Below, piece by piece: positions 27,506 to 32,000 of a stretch of 32,000 bases of DNA (the first letter of the stretch is position 1; each line of letters begins with the position of its first letter). Both the position numbers and the translations under genes were made by a program. Under the pieces are notes generated by a model. It was not told the origin of the DNA. It did not search any database and was given only the letters and a program-made list of their open reading frames with translations. This stretch comes from Vibrio cholerae ATCC 14035 (lineage in GTDB: Bacteria; Pseudomonadota; Gammaproteobacteria; Enterobacterales; Vibrionaceae): positions 120,001 to 152,000 of the forward strand of contig NZ_JHXR01000014.1 in the NCBI RefSeq assembly GCF_000621645.1. Direction: 5' to 3'.

Positions 27506-27776
27506 GGAAAATTCTCATTAGAGTAAAAAACGCCATGCTAAAAACTTATCCCAAAATGTCAATACAACAGCGATAAATTGCCGTTTAGAGCACGTTTAAC
27601 GTTGCTTTTGTCACCAATGCCTTCTTTTATTCTGTCACTTAGCATGACGGGAGAGCATAAGGATCTCCATTTTCTTTTCAGAATCTTTTCTTTGTGGCGT
27701 TGAGTGCCTGAAATTTTAAATCCACCGATTCGGTCTAGAGTAATAAGTACAGTGAATGATTGGTTTGGATTGATTT

Positions 27777-28358
27777 ATGGAAGCCGCTTTTAGCGAATGG
27801 CTCACCTTGCATAGCTGCTCACCCTTTTGGGTGTTTCTTGGCATCGTTGTGCTTTCTTATTTATTAGAAGATGTCGCGATCGTTACGGCGGCGGGGCTCG
27901 CCAGTCAACAGCTCACGCCCATGCCTTTCGCTTTGCTGGCGATATTTATCGGCATCGCAACAGGAGATATTGTGCTTTATTACCTTGGGCGTTACAGCCG
28001 TTATTTTCGCGCAATGCGCTACCGATTATTGACCAATCCATATTTTCGACAGGTCCGTCGCCGCTTATTAGCCAGACCTTTCATTAACCTGTTTACGATT
28101 CGTTTTATTCCGGGGCTTCGCACGGTCGGCTATACGTTAAGTGGTTATGTCGCTTTGCCGCTGCGGCTATTTACGGCTGCGGTATTGATGGCAACCGCTT
28201 TGTGGACGGTGGTCGTGTTTTTCGCCATCTATCAATTAGGCAGTCAGGCTTGGTTTCAGGCCAGTGAATACCGCTGGTGGTGGCTGTGCTTATTGGTTGT
28301 GTTGTTACTCGTTTTTAATCGCGTCTTCAGTGCCAAAATGATTAAGGAAACCGCATGA
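27777..28358 (+). CDS. DedA / VTT (SNARE-associated) family membrane protein
   Basis: The 193-aa product has 4-5 TM segments. The DedA-like pattern includes LLEDVAIVTAAG...GDIVLYYLGR...RFIPGLRTVGYTLSG. Its stop overlaps the next start (ATGA). Confidence 0.78.
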   Translation: MEAAFSEWLTLHSCSPFWVFLGIVVLSYLLEDVAIVTAAGLASQQLTPMPFALLAIFIGIATGDIVLYYLGRYSRYFRAMRYRLLTNPYFRQVRRRLLARPFINLFTIRFIPGLRTVGYTLSGYVALPLRLFTAAVLMATALWTVVVFFAIYQLGSQAWFQASEYRWWWLCLLVVLLLVFNRVFSAKMIKETA

Positions 28359-29491
28359 CAGTTCTTTCTCCCGTGGCATGTATTGCCGAGCATAAAGTGA
28401 ATGCGGGTATGCCTCTTTTAGTTGAGGCCGCCAACGAACGGGCGATCTCGCCTTTTGAATTTCTGCCTAGCTGGTTTTGTTACGCGCCTGTGGTGGTGCA
28501 AAGTGTGCTGCTGGGGCTTTATTACCGTGATTTACGTCTGCCTTTGGTGGCGAATCCCACCATTTATTTAAGCGGTATGGTCGGTGAGTCCAAGCACGAT
28601 ATTTTGAGCCTAGCTGGCGACCAAGCGCGACGTTGGATCTCGCCGTTTATCACTTGCACGGTAAACGATCTGCCTCTCACCGAACAGGTAAAAGCCATTG
28701 AGCAACGTTTACATGACGCAGATTTGCGCTTTCCTTTAGTGGCTAAGCCCGATCTCGGTTGTCGTGGTGTGGGGGTAAAACTCATCCAATCCCATGAACA
28801 ACTGAGCGAGTACCTACGCCGTTTTCCTGTCCAAGCGCGTTTTCTTTTGCAGCAAAAAGCGCCGTATAGCGCTGAAGCGGGGATTTTCTACGTGCGTTTT
28901 CCCGGTGACGCGCAGGGGCAAATCATCTCAATGACCTTGAAATACGCTCCGAGTGTGATGGGGGATGGCGTGCGTACGCTGCGTGAATTGATCCACGCTT
29001 GCCCGCGATCTGGACAACTGGCGCACCTCTATTTACCACGCCACCCTGACAAGCTGGACTGGGTAGTTCCGGACAAACAAGAGTTCCAATTAGCGTTTGC
29101 GGGCAGTCACAGCCGGGGTTCGATTTTTCGTAATGGCAATCGCTATATCACGCCTGCTTTAGTCGAAAAACTGGATGCAATATTTGACGATTTCCCCGGT
29201 TTTCACTACGGCCGACTCGATGTGAAATTTAGCCATATTGATGCGCTCATGCGTGGTGACTCGTTCACCATTCTTGAGGTCAATGGCGCGAGCAGCGAAG
29301 CGACTCATATATGGGATCGCGAAACGCGGCTCGGTGAAATCTTCACTACGTTACTTAAGCAATATCGGATTTTGTACGCGATTGGCGCTGAACAGAGAAA
29401 ACGAGGCCACAAACCGCCAAGTTTGCTCGCTTTATTACGTGCTTGGCGGCAGGAAAAACAATTGATCCAGCACTATCCAGAGACAGATTAG
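28355..29491 (+). CDS. ATP-grasp family ligase (carboxylate-amine ligase-like) with hydrophobic N-terminal segment
   Basis: The 378-aa product has ATP-grasp hallmarks: FPLVAKPDLGCRGVGVKLI (P-loop-like), LLQQK..., and RLDVKF...FTILEVNGASSE (Mg-ATP binding E/N). Its N-terminus includes FLPSWFCYAPVVVQSVLLGLYY. Confidence 0.78.
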   Translation: MTVLSPVACIAEHKVNAGMPLLVEAANERAISPFEFLPSWFCYAPVVVQSVLLGLYYRDLRLPLVANPTIYLSGMVGESKHDILSLAGDQARRWISPFITCTVNDLPLTEQVKAIEQRLHDADLRFPLVAKPDLGCRGVGVKLIQSHEQLSEYLRRFPVQARFLLQQKAPYSAEAGIFYVRFPGDAQGQIISMTLKYAPSVMGDGVRTLRELIHACPRSGQLAHLYLPRHPDKLDWVVPDKQEFQLAFAGSHSRGSIFRNGNRYITPALVEKLDAIFDDFPGFHYGRLDVKFSHIDALMRGDSFTILEVNGASSEATHIWDRETRLGEIFTTLLKQYRILYAIGAEQRKRGHKPPSLLALLRAWRQEKQLIQHYPETD

Positions 29492-29579
29492 CGGAACGCA
29501 TGAGCGCCGAATGCTCTGGAATAACCATAACCAGATATTACAAAGACCGGATATTGAATAAGACATTGAAGGGGATTTT

Positions 29580-30122
29580 ATGCTTGCTGTGACAACCTTA
29601 GCGCAACCATACCGATACTCAGCCGCCATTCATGGCTGTTTGGAGACACTAGAACAAGGGCGCGATTTTTTAAACACGATTGGAGACGATCACTACACCT
29701 ACGTGGCGAAGCCGCATGTGAGCAGCAGTATTGGCCAGCATTTTCGCCATTGGTTAGACATTTTCCATGCGCTGTGCGCTGCGCCAAACACCGTCGATTA
29801 CAACCAGCGTCGACGTGGGCATCCGGTTGAGTTGTCTCGCCAAGTGGCACTTAAGGAGATTGAATCGCTCATCGCATGGTTAGAGTCTGATTTACTACAG
29901 TCACCTCAAATGGCCATTGATGTGGTGATGGAAGTGTCTTTATCGCAAACCGAAAGCTGCACCTTTCATTCAACCTTAGAGCGTGAATTGGCCTTCGCTG
30001 CGCTGCATGCGAATCACCATTTTGCGATGGCAAAAGTGGTGACCAGTTTACTGAACGTGCAAACGCCGAGTGATTTTGGTTTAGCGCCCGCGACCGCCAC
30101 TTTTTTACGAGGCAATGCCTAA
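29580..30122 (+). CDS. DinB-like helical-bundle (putative metal-dependent) protein
   Basis: The 180-aa product has His-rich helix motifs IGQHFRHWLDIFH and ALHANHHFAM, spaced as in the DinB/YfiT-type His triad. A GAAGGGGA SD precedes the start. The assignment comes from pattern only. Confidence 0.55.
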   Translation: MLAVTTLAQPYRYSAAIHGCLETLEQGRDFLNTIGDDHYTYVAKPHVSSSIGQHFRHWLDIFHALCAAPNTVDYNQRRRGHPVELSRQVALKEIESLIAWLESDLLQSPQMAIDVVMEVSLSQTESCTFHSTLERELAFAALHANHHFAMAKVVTSLLNVQTPSDFGLAPATATFLRGNA

Positions 30123-30868
30123 TGTGCTCCGTCACTTGGTCTTTGAGTGACACCGGTTATCAGGTGTTTTTCAATCGCGATGAGCAAAGGAGTCGAGCCT
30201 TAGCGCTGCCTCCCGCCATCTATGATCGACAAGGAGTTGCAGTCATGATGCCGCTCGATCCGCAAGGTCAGGGCAGTTGGATTAGCCTTAATCAGTTCGG
30301 GTTATCGCTGTGTCTGCTTAATAACTATCAAGGCCGAGTGCCAGATGGGACGCTGATCAGCCGCGGATTGCTGCTCAAATCCCTTGCGGGATCCTCTTCG
30401 ATTGAACAAATCACGCTTGCGTTTGAAAAATTGGCGTTGTCTCGTTTTGCTCCCTTCACTCTGCTGGCTTTTGATCCTTTGCTTACTCAACAGCAAGGTG
30501 AGGTATTGGCTTATGCGTGGGATGGCGAACAATTTTGCTCAGGCGTGACTTCATCACCCCTTTTTTCATCCGGTGTTGCGCTTGACGAAGTGCAGCGCTA
30601 TCGCACGCAGGTCTATCAACACCTCACTGCCGATGGAGTAACACCGGAAAAGTTGTTGGCGTTTCACTGCCATCAACACCCACAGTGGCCGCATCTTTCG
30701 GTGGCGATGCAGCGAGACGATGCCCATACCGTGAGTTTTACTCACATCAAGGTCAGTGATGGACAACTGGGAATGAGTTATTTCTCTGGTCGCCCAACGC
30801 AGCTGACAGATCAGATATTGCATCAGCCGCAGTATCCATTTCCTCAAATAATATCTTTGGTTTCTTAA
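30122..30868 (+). CDS. NRDE / TANGO2-family protein (Ntn-hydrolase-like, N-terminal Cys)
   Basis: It begins MC(S)VTW, followed by FFNRDEQ, which is the family-defining NRDE motif. The product is 248 aa. Its start overlaps the upstream stop (TAATG). Confidence 0.75.
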   Translation: MCSVTWSLSDTGYQVFFNRDEQRSRALALPPAIYDRQGVAVMMPLDPQGQGSWISLNQFGLSLCLLNNYQGRVPDGTLISRGLLLKSLAGSSSIEQITLAFEKLALSRFAPFTLLAFDPLLTQQQGEVLAYAWDGEQFCSGVTSSPLFSSGVALDEVQRYRTQVYQHLTADGVTPEKLLAFHCHQHPQWPHLSVAMQRDDAHTVSFTHIKVSDGQLGMSYFSGRPTQLTDQILHQPQYPFPQIISLVS

Positions 30869-30878
30869 GGAGTTCGTA

Positions 30879-31325
30879 ATGAAATATTGGTTTGGTTTAA
30901 TCCTGTTCTTTTTCAGCACATTCACCATGGCGCAAGATCCGATTTACACTGGCACGTTCAGCAATAAAGCGCTGGATGGGTATGACACGGTCGCTTATTT
31001 CACCGAAGGCAAACCCGTTAAAGGGGCCGCGCAGTTTAAAACTGAGTACCAAGGTGCCGAGTGGTTGTTTGCCTCTCAACAAAACCTCGACGCGTTTTTA
31101 GCTGACCCTGAAAAATACGCGCCGCAATATGGTGGCTACTGTGCATGGGCGGTATCTGAGAAGAAGGATTTCGCGCCTGGTGATCCGCAATACTGGGCCA
31201 TTGAAGACGGTAAGCTTTATCTGAACTACAACAATAAGATTAAAGGATTGTGGGAAAAAGATCGGGCGCATCATATCGCTCAGGGCGACCAAAATTGGCC
31301 TGCGCTGATTGGGACAAGCGAATGA
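30879..31325 (+). CDS. Secreted YHS-domain protein
   Basis: The signal peptide is MKYWFGLILFFFSTFTMA|QDP. The YHS-family pattern is LDGYDTVAYF...YQGAEWLFASQQNLDAFLADPEKYAPQYGGYCAW. An AAGGAG SD lies 6 nt upstream. Confidence 0.75.
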   Translation: MKYWFGLILFFFSTFTMAQDPIYTGTFSNKALDGYDTVAYFTEGKPVKGAAQFKTEYQGAEWLFASQQNLDAFLADPEKYAPQYGGYCAWAVSEKKDFAPGDPQYWAIEDGKLYLNYNNKIKGLWEKDRAHHIAQGDQNWPALIGTSE

Positions 31326-32000
31326 TGCAAACCCAGCCATTTCGATTGCCGCGCTTCACCCCATTTGGGGTGATAGAAAAGGGGGTAGAGTTAGCGACGG
31401 GGCTTAGTCAGCTAGAGCGCTATTACCAACAAAGGCCAACCACGCGTGATGGTTTTGAGTTTATGCGTTACACCCTTGAAGCGCTCAATGTGCATTACCA
31501 AGTGGATAGAGGCCGCGTTGAACAGATCCCCGCGCAAGGGCCTGTGGTGATTGTGGCCAATCATCCGCTTGGTGCCATTGAAGGGGTGATTTTGGCCGAT
31601 TTGGTTGGGCAAGTACGCAAAGATGTCAAAGTGCTCGCTAATCAACTGCTTAAACGCTTACCTGAAATTGAACCTCTGTTCATTGGTGTGGATGTGTTTA
31701 ATGGCGCGCAGGCGAGTAAAACCAATGCACGAGGTATTCGAGAAGCACACCGACATTTAGCGGAAGGTGGCGTACTGATCGTATTTCCCGCCGGTGAAGT
31801 TTCGACACCGCAAAAAGAAACCGGACAGTTGAGTGATATTGACTGGAGTCAATCCGTTGCGAAATTCATTCAGCGTAGCCAAGCGACGTGCGTGCCGATT
31901 TATATTTATGGTCGTAACAGCGCGTGGTTTTATCGCGCTGGAAAAATTCATCCGCTCTTGCGCACCGCCATGTTAGGTCGAGAGCTTTTGAATAAAAGCG
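31322..32000 (+). CDS. PlsC-type (lysophospholipid) acyltransferase domain protein, OlsF/'putative hemolysin'-like; 3' end beyond the right edge
   Basis: The frame is open from ATGATG at 31322 to the window end (226 codons, hand-translated, no stop). It is absent from the ORF track because it is truncated. The acyltransferase block reads VVIVANHPLGAIEGVILADL...VLIVFPAGEVS. Its start overlaps the YHS stop (ATGA). Confidence 0.8.
   Translation, partial: MMQTQPFRLPRFTPFGVIEKGVELATGLSQLERYYQQRPTTRDGFEFMRYTLEALNVHYQVDRGRVEQIPAQGPVVIVANHPLGAIEGVILADLVGQVRKDVKVLANQLLKRLPEIEPLFIGVDVFNGAQASKTNARGIREAHRHLAEGGVLIVFPAGEVSTPQKETGQLSDIDWSQSVAKFIQRSQATCVPIYIYGRNSAWFYRAGKIHPLLRTAMLGRELLNKS

Noticed and set aside
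27649-27680. Possible attenuator or small-RNA terminator (GGAGA...TCTCC followed by a T-rich tract) in the operon leader
   Set aside because: The stem is only 5 bp with a 9-nt loop, which is too weak to call.
1-32000. Scan for CRISPR repeats, tRNA/rRNA, IS or transposase or integrase genes, integron attC-like repeats, and toxin-antitoxin or defence-system genes
   Set aside because: I found no regularly spaced direct repeats and no cloverleaf-like or rRNA-like segments. No recombinase, nuclease or defence-type ORFs were recognised. All long ORFs are accounted for by metabolic, transport, sensory or envelope functions.

Overview
The window looks like a Vibrio-type chromosomal region. From memory, gene content and order resemble Vibrio cholerae chromosome II, but this was not verified by any search. 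I support about 27 protein-coding genes and found no rRNA, tRNA, CRISPR array, transposase or integrase. Order from left to right: (1) napF-napD-napA, with napA cut by the left edge, divergent from narQ-narP; a near-perfect NarP 7-2-7 site and an FNR-like box sit in the shared spacer. (2) A minus-strand cassette of MFS transporter, tandem SnoaL/NTF2-like protein and LacI-family regulator, function unknown. (3) A sodium:solute symporter followed 10 nt later by L-serine dehydratase sdaA. (4) dcuC. (5) A sensory and envelope stretch: MCP, HAD phosphatase, FKBP PPIase, an OmpA-like lipoprotein behind a sigma28-like promoter, and an Aer-like PAS chemoreceptor. (6) glpD. (7) The sucrose PTS regulon (scrK, scrB, scrR, scrA), with the 12-mer TTCGGGAACGTT in front of all three structural transcription units. 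(8) An acidic orphan gene. (9) A six-gene, translationally coupled operon cut by the right edge: DedA/VTT membrane protein, ATP-grasp ligase, DinB-like protein, NRDE/TANGO2-like protein with N-terminal Cys, secreted YHS-domain protein and PlsC/OlsF-like acyltransferase. This operon is my top candidate for an undescribed system, possibly aminolipid or envelope-lipid modification. The second candidate is the LacI/tandem-SnoaL/MFS cassette. All functional calls rest on motifs read by eye from the supplied translations; no database search was possible.
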